A stretch of 64,000 nucleotides of DNA from the NCBI RefSeq assembly GCF_009914755.1, contig NC_060927.1; one strand, 5' to 3'. Origin of the DNA: the human T2T-CHM13v2.0 reference genome, Homo sapiens. Both the position numbers and the translations under genes were made by a program. Under the pieces are notes generated by a model, which saw only the letters and a program-made list of their open reading frames with translations, was not told where the DNA came from and ran no database searches. Below are positions 41,385 to 55,500 of the stretch, one piece after another (positions within the stretch are counted from its first letter, which is position 1; every line of letters begins with the position of its first letter).

Positions 41385-41600
41385 AAAAGCAGCTAACACT
41401 AATCGAGCATTTAGTATGTGCTGGTTACTGTGAGTCACTACATGTGAGATAGTTACTGTTTTTATCCTCATCTTACTGTTTCAAAGACAAGGCATAGAGG
41501 AGTGAAGGGACTTGCTCACAACCTTACAGTTGACAAGTAGCAGAGGTAGGATTTAAACCCGCAAGTCTGGCTCCTAAGACTTGGGTTTAAACCACTACAT
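41385..41600 (-). mobile_element. MIR SINE
   Basis: gctaacactaatcgagcatttagtatgtg...ggatttaaacccgcaagtctggctcc. Confidence 0.7.
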
Positions 41601-41829
41601 TGTAACACCCCTCATAAATACAAGCTAGAACTATTAGTAACTAGTACTTATTATATGCCAGATACTCTTCTACAGGCTTTACATGAAGAAAGAGAGGTTA
41701 AGTAACCTGACTCAGGCTATGAACTAGTGAGAGACTTCACTGCCTCTTCATAATAGAGTCCTGGGACCTTCTCTGTGTTAAGCATATGGCCCCCAGAGGT
41801 GACAGCTTTTGGGGGTTTATGTTCTAGAG

Positions 41830-42249
41830 CAGTGATGTGCTGCTAATGTTTAACAACTAGCTCTTGGAAAGAGGGGACATGACTTTTGTAGCATTTTGCA
41901 AATTTCCCTGGTGTAAATATTCTTATCATGTCTGATTTCAAGCTACCAATGAGACATCACTGAATGTGGAGTTAGGAAGAGATGCACAATAGCACACAGT
42001 TGTTTAGTATTTCCAATAGCTCTAAATATCTTTAAGAGCATAGATGATAGTAAAGTATGGTAAAATAATTAGGAAGTTATGAGTGTTGAGTATTTATTAC
42101 ATTTATCTTAATATAATTTACTTATTTTTAAGTTTATTCAATTTAACTTTTAATAATGGCTGTGTTTAACAACCCTGGCTCATAAACTTTCTGAAAATTT
42201 AACAGTTGGCTTTTGGAAACCCACTGCAGCAAGCTCCAGCACACAACTG
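41830..42249. mobile_element. MER63-like hAT-Blackjack DNA transposon with TIRs
   Basis: Terminal inverted repeats cagtgatgtgctg / cagcacacaactg and internal tttaacaac motifs. Confidence 0.7.
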
Positions 42250-43993
42250 AATATGTTGAGGGTTTTTTTGTTGTTATTGTTGTTTTTAATTTTAGATTCA
42301 CAAGGTACAGGTGCTTGTTTGTTCCATGGGTATATCGCATACTGGTGAGTATTGGGCTTCTAGCATGTTTGTTAATAAGTTGGTCATATCACTCAAGTCA
42401 TGCCTGATACACAGATGTTTGATTATCAGAGTCTTTTTTCTTTCTTGTTTCCTGTGGCTTTTTAAGTTGATGAATAATAGGAAAGTAAATTTGTGGGGTC
42501 AGTTAAACCACCAGACGACAGCTTTTATGTTTGTACATTGGTTCAGAGGTACTCTGTATTTTGACTGGATTTATTGGATAGTGTAATTGTTTCCATTTAA
42601 AACAATGGAAAAGATTTCATTTAAATTTATTGAGATCTTATTTTTCACCCTCATTCCGTGCACATTTGGGATTCTGTTCGCCAGCCCCTCTGCACTCTGA
42701 AGATGCACAGCAGCCTCTCTGTACTCTGAAGACGCATGAATTGCTGACTGTTGGGCTTGCTTGGAGGGGACTGGGGGTTATTACCTCCCACAGGACTGTT
42801 TAAGCTCTGGAAGTTTTCCTACCTCCTGCAACTGAATTTAGTCTTAATTAGTACAGAGTGAACTAGCTGTGAACAATCTGGTTTTCTTGCTTTGTGCCTT
42901 GATCATGTGAGACCTAAGGGCTGGTCCTGCCCTTTTCTTATCCATTGCTTTAATCAGAAATAACATATCAAGGTGGCCCAAATTGTGTCACTATTCTTTC
43001 CTTTGTCTTCTCCACCCATTCCCACGGCATCCATTCCTAAGGTCATTTGGAGAATTCTCTGTTCCAATAAGTGGGATCCACATGGCTCAAGGAGCAACAG
43101 GCCTTGGAATCACTCTTTGAGTAGTAGCTGGTCCCTCAGTCTACCCCAAAGAGCTGCCTCGCCAGACCTCCCCACCTCCCGGACATACAGACTCCAGATG
43201 TGGAAAAAGCCCTTGCCATCTCTATCCTCCAACACAGAGCTTTGGTGTCCGAGACACATCCAAGTGACAGGCCCAAGAGGGCCTCTGAATGAAGACGGAT
43301 GAGCCGTGTGGACACAGCCACACTATGTTTTCGTGAAGGCATAAGACCATGGGCCAACTTTCTGGGCATCCAGGGCTGGCTGCAGAGGCTGGAGTGAGTG
43401 GCTTTCAAGGCAAGACTGATAATGAAAGTCGTGTTTGGGTGGGAATCACAAGCAGGGGAAGTGGGGGAGCCAGCTTCCCTTCGTGCTGTGTGTCACAATA
43501 AGATAGGACACAGATGCAAAAGCAGATCGCTACAGCTGGATCTGGGTAAAGGTGGCAGTGACGCGTCGGTGCAGAGAATTCCTGTTTTGAGGAAAGATTC
43601 GGAGCCAGCTAAGGTTTTCTGAGGGCCCGTCATGTCTCAGACTGTCACACTTATTCCTCTGTCATGTATGCTTAAGTCTGTTTTAGATGACCCCTTGTAA
43701 AGAAAGGAAGCCTGGCCCCTGAAGCCTCATTGCGTGGGATAAGGGGACTAACATATTCTGTGGTTGTACCAGCAAATTATTATTTATTTCTTATTTTATA
43801 AAAGTATAGATTTTATTCATGCCTATATTGTTAGAGAAAATCATTATTTTTAGTCAACGTATTAGTATTAATATCATGGCCTCTTTTCTTCTCATTTTGG
43901 AAGGGGAATATTTTTAGACTCTTTAATGAGAGAGTCATTTTCTCAGTAAATATTTGATTGGCCTGAAGTTAAGTGGGTAGGCGTAAAAAATTA

Positions 43994-44940
<947 letters not shown>

Positions 44941-45391
44941 TATTTAAAAACATATACATCCAACATCACTGAAGGTATGTATTTTTAACTCCTCCTTTAA
45001 AGTGGTTTTCCAAAGTTAGTTGCCATCCCCAAAAGGGAGCTTTTAGACATTGAGAGAGGTGATTATGAAAGTACGATAGCTTGCTCACCACCTCTCTCCT
45101 CTGCTCCTGGGAGCACAGGGGAGTTTCAACTCTGGGGAAGGTGATCATTTGGGTCATTAGTAGCGCTTTGAGTACCATGGTGTCTGCAGGGAGTTCCCAG
45201 TTCTTACTGCTGTCTGAGAATAAAACATAATATCTTTGGTCTTCACAGAGGTATCAGACAGGAATTCCACTCAGCTTGCAGGAATTGAGACCCCAGGACA
45301 GGGGCTTAAGCACATCAAGATAATTTCTCTCTCTTCTAGAGGAAGAGAAGTTGCTGATGTTGGTTCAGTGACTCGAGGATGTTCTCTGACC

Positions 45392-46478
45392 TTTCACTTA
45401 TTCAGGAAATGTGCATTGCATACCTATTATGCCGTAGGCTGGGGGGCCCTCAGCTCTGCTGTGAAGAGACAAGGATCCTTGTCCCCCTGGGAGTTTATAT
45501 CCCAGTAGGGGGAGACAGACAATAGATATAATAAGAAGAAAATTAAGGTGCATTAGAAGGCGATGAGGCTATGGAAAAAAAGAAAGAAAATAGAGCCCAG
45601 TGAAGCGGGTTTGGGAGTGCAGGCATGGGGTTATGGGGGTCAGGGTGACCTCACTGACGAGGTGTGATTTGAGCAAAGCATGGAAGGAGGCTGGGGAGTT
45701 AGCACAGCGGGTTCCTGGAGGAGGGCTCAGACCAGTGTCTGAGTGTCTGGTGTGTCTGAGGAGGAGCAGGGAGACCAGTGTGGGCAAAGAGGTCAGAGTG
45801 GCAGTGATGGTTGTGAGCGGGTCATCTTGGGCTTCCTAGGCCTTGGGAAGGATTTGCCTTTACTCAGAGGGGGATGGGAGTGTGTGAGGGATCTGGGCAG
45901 GGTGGTGACCTGGCCTGCCTTCCATTTTTACAGGCCCCTGCTGGCGGCTATGTTGGGAAGGCCTGTAGGAGGCGGTAGAGCAGCAGGAACGGGGTTAGGA
46001 GACTGAGCGTTACCCAGGGAAGAGGGTGGCTCCACTGGGGCCATAGTGGTAACATTGTGAGAAGTGGTCAAATTCTGCGTGCATTTTGAAGGGGGATCCT
46101 ACAGCATTTCCTGAGGGTTTGATTGTCAGTTGTGAGGGAATAAGATATCAAGGGTCACTCCAAGCTTTTCAGCCTGAGTACCTAAAAGGATGGAGTTGTC
46201 ACTGGTGGTGTTTTCAACGGAAGGTGCAGGTGAGCAGGTTGAAAGGGGGAAGATCTGGAGTTTGTTTTTAGACACACTGGTAGATGTTTAAGTGTGTATG
46301 CGTATGTATGAGTCTTCAGTTTGAGTAGTAGTCTGAGTAAGAAGTATCAATTTGGGAGTCGCCAGCAGACAGATGGTATTTAATGCCAGGAGATTTGATG
46401 AGATCACCCAGGGTGTGAGGGGAGATAGAGAAGAGAGGGGGACCAAGGGCTGAGCTGTGGACACTCCAACACTAAGAG
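45392..46478 (-). mobile_element. L2 LINE fragment, about 1.1 kb, antisense
   Basis: Typical L2 3' motifs (ggagtttatatcccagtagggggagacagacaat; gatgagatcacccaggg; gacactccaaca). Confidence 0.75.
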
Positions 46479-46709
46479 CATCTTTTCCTCCTACCCCTAA
46501 AATGGCTCTGGGGCTCCAGCCATTGTATGTGTTTTTCATGCAGGAAGAAGTGGGACATGCAAAGGGGCTCTTTATAATCTGGTCTGAGGCCCCTGTAAAG
46601 AGCCTCCAGTGACTTCTGCTTATAACGCATTGACCATCCATATTTTAAAAGAGGTTGGAAGATGTCTAAGTACCAGCTAGACATCTTATAAATCCTATCA
46701 CTATAGAGT

Positions 46710-46922
46710 TTTGCTCTCCAGCAGAACTTTCTGTGATGAAGGAAATGTTCCGTATCAGCACTGTCCAATATTGGTGGCCAGTGACCACATATGACTGTGA
46801 GCACTTAAAATGTGGCTAGTGCCAATAAGGCATTGACTTTTTACTTTTCTATACTTTTAATTAATATAAATTCAAACTGAAATAACACATGTGGCTAGTG
46901 GCTACCATGTTGGACAGTGCAG
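46710..46922 (+). mobile_element. MER3-like hAT-Charlie element
   Basis: agaactttctgtgatgaaggaaatgttc...cacatgtggctagtggctaccatgttggacagtgcag. Confidence 0.8.
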
Positions 46923-49919
46923 ATATTGAAGTTTGATTTTTAAGAAGGAGAGGGACAGACACTGGACAGACAACTCACAGCTCCTGCCACAGTACAGCAT
47001 GGAGCCTCCCAAGGCACTAGTCACACAGATCAAGCCACACAGCCAAATGGAAATACAAATAATAGATTGAGGTCACATTGACTGTTTCACGTTGTACTTA
47101 GACATGCTGATTAAAACCTGAGTTGCAAGTGTGCCATGGAACATAATCTCTCCCTCTAGTGTTTTGGAACAATCACACACAAATGTTTATATCCACATAC
47201 AGGCCCCATATACAATGGGGGAAACAGAACAGAAGAAGGTTGGATGGTTCACCAAGTTGAGTGGGTCCTTCAAAGGATGTCACCATCTTGGATGTGATGT
47301 TTTCTGTTTTCAGTGGCATAGAACTAGATAAAAGGTGGCAGTGCAGAGGATGGAAGTGGTATTGCTCAGTGGGAAAGGGAAGGCATTTTAGGTTTGAGAC
47401 ATATTACAATATTGCCTTTTAGCGTAGAAAAGCCCTCCTTCCTGATGCTCTTGCTAGTGCTGGGTGGAAAGATTCCCTTTCAACTCAACATGTGTGAAGC
47501 ACATGAACTGAAGCACTCTTCCTGCTTAGCATGGCAGGGGCTGGGCCAGGCCAGGGTGGACCAGGTCTTGCTCTGATCAACCACATGGTCTCAGGCAAGT
47601 TGCTTCACCTTTACTGCTGAGCTTCAGTGTCCTCAGCTGAAATGGGGAGCAGAATACTGACTTCTTAGTAGGGGTCTGGTAAACACTGGGCCCCTTTTCC
47701 CTTCTGCTCTACCCTGCAAATCTTTTCCTCTTTCTAACTGCCTCTGCATTTGGAAGGGGTCAAGACTCGTTTCATAGTTTTTTGGGGGATTAAAAAATGA
47801 TTAGAAGCAGATGGTGAGAAGAAAATAGAAAGTATGGAGCAAATAAGAAATGTGGGAAGAGAAGAGGGCAAATGGTAAGGCAGCTCTCGGAGCTGGCACG
47901 TTCTTTCTCTCTGGACCAGAGCAAGCCAGAGCCTCTCAGTCATCTTCACGGGCTGGTTGACAAGGACTCCTCACGTTAGCGTGCACACGAAGAACCTGGG
48001 ACCTTGTTCAATGCAGATCCTGATACAGCAGATCTGAGGTGAATTTCTAGCAAGCTCCCTGGTGACGCTGGTGCTGCTGGTCCATAGACCACAAAGCAAG
48101 GAGCTCGAAGACATAGATACCAAAAGTTACAGGGGAAAACGGACAAAGCCACCAGCTGGCAGTTGATGCAGGTATCAGAAGCAAGTGGGCCTCGGAGGGG
48201 CCAGATGCCTCTCTCCTCACACTGACCGTGAGAGCGAGTGCTCCTCATCAACAACGTGGGGCCAGGCTTGAGTCAGCAGCACTGACTTTATGTGACCTAG
48301 TGCAGCTCGCCAGCCCACGCTGATGTGTGTTAATGGAGGGGGTGCCCCTTATAGGAGGGTGGTGTGGGCTATAATTTCTTCTGCATTCTCTGCCTATTGC
48401 TTGAAGGACAGTGTTGTCAGCAGTCAACTGACTGAGCTTGACTTTTCAGCAGTTTTTTTAAACTTCACTGCAGTGTTTTTGGACACAGCTATGTCAGAAA
48501 TCTATTTCCCCTTCTCAGAGACCAGGAAGCTCTTGAGGTACAAGCTCTTATTAAGCAGAAAATTTTAAAGTGGTTTTCCTTCTCCTTTTCTTGGGTCTGC
48601 TTTCTTGGGGCAAACAGAATACGAGAAGCCAGCTTAGAAATTGCATGGGTCCTTCCTGCATTTTGTGAGAAAATGGTGGCCTCCTATATTTCTTCCCTGA
48701 CAGGTTACTGTGGGCCACCAGCCTCCTTGGTGACTTCTGTTTTGCAGATGGGGAATTTGTTGATTGTAGTGAGTACGCTGTGTGCGGCAGAAAGGATTCT
48801 GTCACCTACAGAGAGCTAGGGAAGCGCCCAGGCTGAGGAAACCCACCCCTTCGAAGCAGCCATCCATAGGTAGCCTGGGGGTCTTTTCACAAGACAGCCC
48901 TAGCCCCAGTTCATGGGAGTTGGAACAATGGTGGGTCCAATGGTGGATGAATAGTTTATTCACATGCATCCCAGGAGATTTGTGTGAAGAGGGTGACAGA
49001 GAGTTGCTTCTTTTAAAAAAAATGTATTAAGGGCTATGTAAATAAAAAGAAGAAATTAAGTTGTAACAGTAACAATAATAGCTATCTTTTATTGAGCATT
49101 TACTATATGCTACATGTTTTACATGTACATGAAGTCCTTATAAAGAATACAATTACATATGTTAATATGTGATTATATACAGAAAATTGTATCAGAATTA
49201 TATCTACATATATAAAAATAAAATAAAATCTCATTTTACCATTGAGGGATCTGAGATTTAGAGCATTTAATTTATTTAAGATCTCACAGCTGGTAAGCAG
49301 CCAAGTCTTGGGTTTGAATCCCATCCAGCAACCAACTAGTTCTATGACTTTGAATGCAAAAGATGATGGCTTTTCTCATTATTATTACCTAGTTAGTCTG
49401 AGAAAGAGAAAACTCCATTCTGGATGGCCCATTTCTGGGTGGATTGGTGCTAGGTTTCTCCTGGTCTTGGACGAGGTTGCACTTTTCAGCCGCTCCTGTG
49501 CACGTGTGTCCGTGCTCTGAGGTGGGAGGAAAGCTCAATGTGGGTCTGTGAGTCCAGGGCAGGCAGGAGTCCTGGGGACTGGAGGTTCTCTGCACTTCTG
49601 TTTGATCTTCCCTGCCTGTCTGTGGCCTCTGCAGTTTAAACAATGACTGTCACTTAAACCTCTTCTGAAGAGCTTGAAGTCTGGTCCATGCCTTCAGCCC
49701 ACCAGCGTGTGTTGAGTACCTGTTGGGTACACAGCTCTGTGTCTGGTGGAGGGGAAACAAAGATTAAAAAGACCGGGCCCTGTCCTCCAACAGCTCAGGT
49801 TATTTCATGCCTGCATTCGGGGCACTGTCTTACTTGGCCTAGTCCCACACTTGTCCCTCCCACCCCTTGCTTCTCTATTTTCAATTCACTTCTGTTTCTA
49901 CACACATCAGTGATGCAGT

Positions 49920-50030
49920 GTCCTATGTACAGGTGTGCCTGGGACAGTCCTGGTTTATGCCTGTTGTCCCAGCATAATCATTAATAGTTCTCTATTTCAC
50001 TCTCAAGTGTTCCGATTTGGATGGCACCCT
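49920..50030. mobile_element. MER94-like hAT-Blackjack MITE
   Basis: gcctgggacagtcctggtttatgcctgttgtccc...tttcactctcaagtg. Confidence 0.6.
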
Positions 50031-51356
50031 ATTTATTGAGTGCTCATTGTGTGCCAGACACTGTGCTGGGCCCGGGGCAGATGGAGACTTGTAAGCCATA
50101 ACCGCTGCCTCCCAGGAGCTAGTCTGCTGGGGCATCCGTTCTGAATACCATGACTTGGCAAGTGAAGCATTCCCATGCCTTCCAGACTCCTGGCTCTGCC
50201 TGTGTGAAACGTACTCCATTTCCAGAGCCAGCTGCCGAGCTTTTTCCCCTGGGCTGACTTTCCACCACCCTGACCTGCGATTCCTCTCTGCTAACCCTCC
50301 TCTCACCGTTCTCCCCAGGGTGGGCTGTGGGCCTTCTGGTGCTGAGCTCCCTCACATCTGAGCTGTCTTAGCACCTTCTTTCCGCCTGTATTTGTGTTAC
50401 TTGGATATTTGTGTTTTATCTTCTGTACCAGAGCATAGGTTATTTTAAAGCAGGGAGCTTATGGCATTCAACACTGTCACCCTGGGAATAGGACCCCCAA
50501 AACACTTTATTTCTCAAATAAATGATGGAGTAGGTTCCAGCGTTGTTTCTTCCTTGCTGTCCATTTCTAAGGATGAGTAAAGAGTTAACGTATTGAACTT
50601 GAAAGGAGAGATTTTTTTCCCTCTTGTAATAAATCAAACTTTTCTGAATCTGGAAAAGTGATGGATGAAACTATGTGAGCACACACACACACACACATAT
50701 ACACCCCATAACCATTTTGAGGTCATTTAATAAGGGATTGCTTTCTGGATAATCTCGCTCCTTGGGTATAAATCTAATGTGAAAGGGCAGGGGTCAGATA
50801 TTTACCCCAAAGGGTTGGTGTGAGGATAAAATGAGGCATTGCTTTTAAAGTGCTAAGCTCAGCCCACTGAAAAATACGCAAATGCATCAGAAGAGTCCTC
50901 TGTAAATCCACTGAGCTGGAATTTCCAAGCAGGTGTCCTTGCTGCCTCTTGTTAGCCTTTTGTGAGTTAATTCTTTGTTTAATAACAAAGAGCTGCCAGA
51001 TGGTAATTTTGGAGGCTCAGATACACTCTGTTGCACGTGCCTGTCCAGCTTACTTAAAATATGTCAGAAAGAATGAGGGAATGACTCAAACAATTTCAGG
51101 AAATGGTTCAAGGCTGTGTAACCTTTAAGGAAAACCACACGGAGCCATTACCTTGTGTTGAAAGGCAGCTCCCTGGCTCCCTGGGAGGCCTGGTGGCAAG
51201 CAGTGAGACACTTGATTTAGGTGAAGGGGGGCCCCAAGGCAGTGGTGCCTCCCTTCCTTCTGCCCAGAATTGAGGTGTTGTCCCTACAGTGGAAACTCAA
51301 GAGCAGCACTGTCTGATAGAAATATAATGTGGTCACATCTGTAATTGTAAATTTCC

Positions 51357-52126
51357 TTTTTTTTAAAATTATGCTTTAACTTCTAGGGTACATGTGCACA
51401 ACGTGCAGGTTTGTTACATAGGTATACATGTGCCATGTTGGCTTGCTGCAGCCATCAACTCATCATTTACATTAGGTATTTCTCCTAATGCTATCCCTCC
51501 CCCAGCCCGCCACCCCCCGACAGGCCCCGGTGTGTGATGTTCCCTGCCCTGTGTCCAAGTGATGTCATTGTTCAAGTCCCACCTATGAGTGAGAACATGT
51601 AGTGTTTGGTTTTCTGTCCTTCTGATGGTTTGCTGAGAATGATGGTTTCCAGCTTCATCCGTGTCCCTGCAAAGGACATGAACTCATCCTTTTTTATGGC
51701 TGCATAGTATTCCATGGTGTATATGTCCCGCATTTTCTTAATCCAGTCTATCATTGATGGACATTTGGATTGGTTCCAAGTCTTTGCTATTGTGAAGAGT
51801 GCTCCAATAAACATATGTGTGCATGTGTCTTTATAGTAGCATGATTTATAATCCTTTGGGTATATACCCAGTAATGGAATTGCTGGATCAAATGGTGATT
51901 CTAGTTCTAGGTCCTTGAGGAATTGCCACACTGTCTTCCACAATGGTTGAACGAATTTACACTCCCGCCAACAGTGTAAAAGTGTTCCTATTTCTCCACA
52001 TCCTCTCCAGCATCTGTTGTTTCCTGACTTTTTAATGATCACCATTCTAACTGGCATGAGATGGTATCTCATTGTGGTTTTGATTTGCATTTCTCTGATG
52101 ACCGGTGATGATGAGCATTTTTTTTT
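51357..52126 (-). mobile_element. 5'-truncated L1PA element (about 770 bp) with the ORF2 C-terminal coding region
   Basis: ORF 51572..52090(-) is the L1 ORF2p C-terminus with the cysteine-rich motif [15 protein letters not shown], followed by L1 3' UTR and tail. Confidence 0.95.
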
Positions 52127-52176
52127 CTAGTAGCCACATTGAAAAAGTTAAACAGGTAAAACTAATTTCAATAACA

Positions 52177-52579
52177 TATATCAGTTTGCTAGAGCTGCCA
52201 TAATGAAGACCACAGACTTGTGGTTTATATGAACAGAAATGTATTTGCCCACAGTTCTGGAGGTTGGAAGTCCAGGATCAGGTGTCCACAGGTTTGGTTT
52301 CTCCTGAGGCCTCTCTTCTTGGCTTGTAGATGACTGCCTTTTCCCTGTGTCCCTGCATGGTCTTTCCTCTGTACTCATATCTCTGGGGTTTCTGTGTGTC
52401 CACATTTCCTCCTATTCTAAGGACTCCGGTCAGATTGGATTAGGGCACACCCTGAGGGCCTCGTTTTAATTTAATCAACCCCTTTAAAGGCCCAGTCTCC
52501 AAATACAGCCCCATTCTGAGGTACTGGGAGTTAGGACTTTAACACAGGAATTTTGGGGGAACACAGTTCAGCGCATAAA
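52177..52579 (-). mobile_element. MLT1-type (MLT1A/B-like) MaLR solo LTR
   Basis: cagtttgctagagctgccata...cacagttctggaggttggaagtcc...gattggattagggc...cacagttcagcgcataa. Confidence 0.85.
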
Positions 52580-55500
52580 AATGTATATTATTTAGTCCAA
52601 TATAGCCAAAATGTTATTATTTCAACATAAAATCAATAAAATGTTAATGAAATATTTGCCTTCTTTCCTGTACTAGGGCTTTGAAGTCTGGTGTGAATAT
52701 TAGCCCCATTTTATGATCTCATTAGGCACACGTGGGTAGTGGTGACCGTATCAGACAGTGCAGGTCTAGTGTCGAACCTCCTAATCTCTTGGGAGACCTT
52801 GGGATTGTCGTAAGGAGGCCTGAGTGAATTCATAAAACATATGCAGTTCCTGAATCAACTAATAAGTAAAAGTATACCTTTTATCACCTGAGGTTCTGGT
52901 AAATATTTTGGTATTATAAAGGTTGCTTTCACACTTACAAAAGTTAAGAAGCATGGTTCTGACTTTCCTAAACTGGGGTTTCTAGAGCCCAAGCTCCATT
53001 AGCATGGTGATGACGGCCTGCAAAATCTTTCCAGCATTTCAGAAAGCCTGGTGGGATCACAGGGGTTGCCATTCAGCTACTGACAAGGTCAGCATCATTG
53101 CTTTCAGCTGGCGTTTTAGTACAGTTTTTCTGGTGACCTTGTGCTGATCAAACTTTCCGCGTGGCTTTTTATGACACTGTAACAATTACTGGGGTCATGC
53201 CTGGAGAGGTGGCCCACAGTTCATGCACAGGCTCGAGTACAAGCCTTCCGGGGACTCATCTCTCAGCCCTGTTATTATTCTCAGGGATTTGGAGGGTGCA
53301 GAGGTAGATGAAGTAAGCAAGCACTATTGTGCTTCCTGTGTTGAAGTCAGGGAATAAGAATTTCCTCTGTGCCGCAAATAATGCTCCCCACCTGTATAGA
53401 ATGCCTGGGAAATGCAACACTGGCCATCCTTCAGCTCCTCTGCTTACAGCTGTTGTGCTGGTGGGTCTCCTCCTATTCTCAGAGCAGAGAGCCACGAATG
53501 GGGCACTCGGGGCCGTGACAGGCATCCCTTAGCTCTGGCCTTCTGGTTGTGGGCAGACTCTGCTGTGTCCGGCAGCCCATCCAGCGTTGGATGGCATCAG
53601 CAACCTGAAAGCCCTTTCTTAGGCTGAACCAGAGTCTACCTCCATGTAATCACACACTCCCCTCCTATTTCTGCCCCGGAGCACCTACAGATATCTGTCT
53701 GTCTGTCCCCATCCCCACTGCCTACTTCCTCCAGACTCAGCATCCTGAGTTCCTTTGGGTTACTAGTTCATTTTGGAACTTATTCCACTATTGAATTATC
53801 CGTATTCTTTGGTTTTATACCTTTATTCCTCTTTAGTTGACCTTTTAGATACTTTTCTAACCAAGCCCCCTCCCCGCTGCCCCGAAAGATCAGGGAAAAT
53901 AAGAAGAAATTCAAACCCTTGTTGTGCTCCTCATCAGCGACAGTGGTAGGGAAGATGCCCACGGCACGGAGGTTCAGTGGTTGTTTTCATTCTTTCCTGT
54001 TAGCCAGTTTCCTCAAATTGGTCAGTATAATCCTACCTCTTGGAGCGATAGCTGGCTGGATTCTTCTGCCATTTTGGCAGTTATATATTGGTCTGGATTT
54101 AAAAGTGATGTTTATTCCATAGCTCTCCTGAATCTGACATTTGTTCCTCTTTCATCCTATACTTCCCTGGGCATGATACCCTTCTTTCCATCAGCTGTGT
54201 TGGAGAAATGTGGCATGTGGCAGATGTATCCTTGCTTGTTTAATTAATGAGCCAAACAGTCCAGAAACTTAGGTTACAACCAAGGTAGTCTGGCAAGAAA
54301 TATACATGAATTCAAAGAGGTTTGGGATAATTTTATTAATGATAAAACCATAAAGAACTCAGAAAATATTTTAAGATGCTTGGCATCAGGAACTATTTCA
54401 TTTGTCTCCATATCCCCAGCACCACGCAGAGTAATTGACATTGACTAATTGCCCAATAAATGTTCACTGAATGTTAGGAGAAGCTGGAGTATTTCCAAAA
54501 TGAACATATGCTCAAGATATTCTACTAGAAGTTTACAATGTTATCTTTTACATTTAGATTAGTGATCCATTTTGAGTTAATTTTTGTGTGTTGTCCAGGA
54601 TAGTTTCAAACAGTTGTGCAAAACAATTCTGTTTGTTTGTTATCATGGGTAGACTAATACCTGTCAGATCATATAACCCGACAGTCAGCTGGAAACACTT
54701 GGTCACATGAGATTGCCTATCTACATTTTAAATTTGGCTTCAGAGGGAGCAGCCAGCAACTCCCTTCAACCCCCTAAATTTTGGATTGTCCTAATGAAAT
54801 CTTGGACTGAAGCAGTACATTTTTAACCAGGCTTTCTCAGGAGATTTGGTTCGGCTGGCACTCAGCCCACACTTTGCTTAACTCTGAGCAAAGGTGTCCG
54901 TGGGTGGATAATCCCACCTCCCCATTCTGGATGTGCCAGCACTTTTCCTACTCATCCCCAGTTATGGAATGTCTAATTCTTTCTCATTTTCTCCTGTCAC
55001 TACCATGCTGCAGTGAGCATCTTGGGTCACCTAACTATTAATTCTGGAGGACAGATTCCAGCCGTGGCTTTGCTGGGTCAATGTTACAGCCATTTATGTC
55101 CCCTCAGATGTTGGGTTGGTCCTGGATGCTGCCCTGTAACTCCATCACACCCATCTGAAGTCCTGCCTGGTAGGCAGCAGACACTGGGTGTGGCTTGGTT
55201 TCTCATACCTTTTTATTTCAGTCCCTGGTGTTTTTGTCATCTTGTGTGGCAGTGGCAGTGCTCCAGCTGATCATTTTTATGGGACAGTCCTTCCTTGATG
55301 AGACCCAGATCCCTGTCACTTGACAACATAAAGAATATTATTCTTCATACCAGCATTTCCCAAAGCATTTTTTCAAAGGATAGTAACGACTTTTATGTCA
55401 AAAAACAAAACAAAATTTTGAATTCAAATTAATTTTGGAACGTAATTGAATTTAACGCAGGCTTTTTATTGCAGGACTTCATGGAGCTTTAGAAGCCCAG

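Larger units (their letters stand above)
51304..52763 (-). mobile_element. MER33-like element split into three pieces by an L1 and an MLT1 LTR
   Basis: Pieces at about 51304-51355, 52127-52176 and 52580-52763 are collinear; termini cagcactgtc / gacagtgcag. Confidence 0.75.

Noticed and set aside
48269-48278. TGAGTCAGCA (AP-1/MARE-like) and other isolated TF or CTCF-like motifs
   Set aside because: Short motifs are expected by chance in 64 kb and cannot be supported without chromatin data.
51572-52090. 172-aa ORF with a Cys/His motif as a possible novel gene
   Set aside because: It is the C-terminus of L1 ORF2p in a 5'-truncated copy with no promoter and no EN or RT domain.
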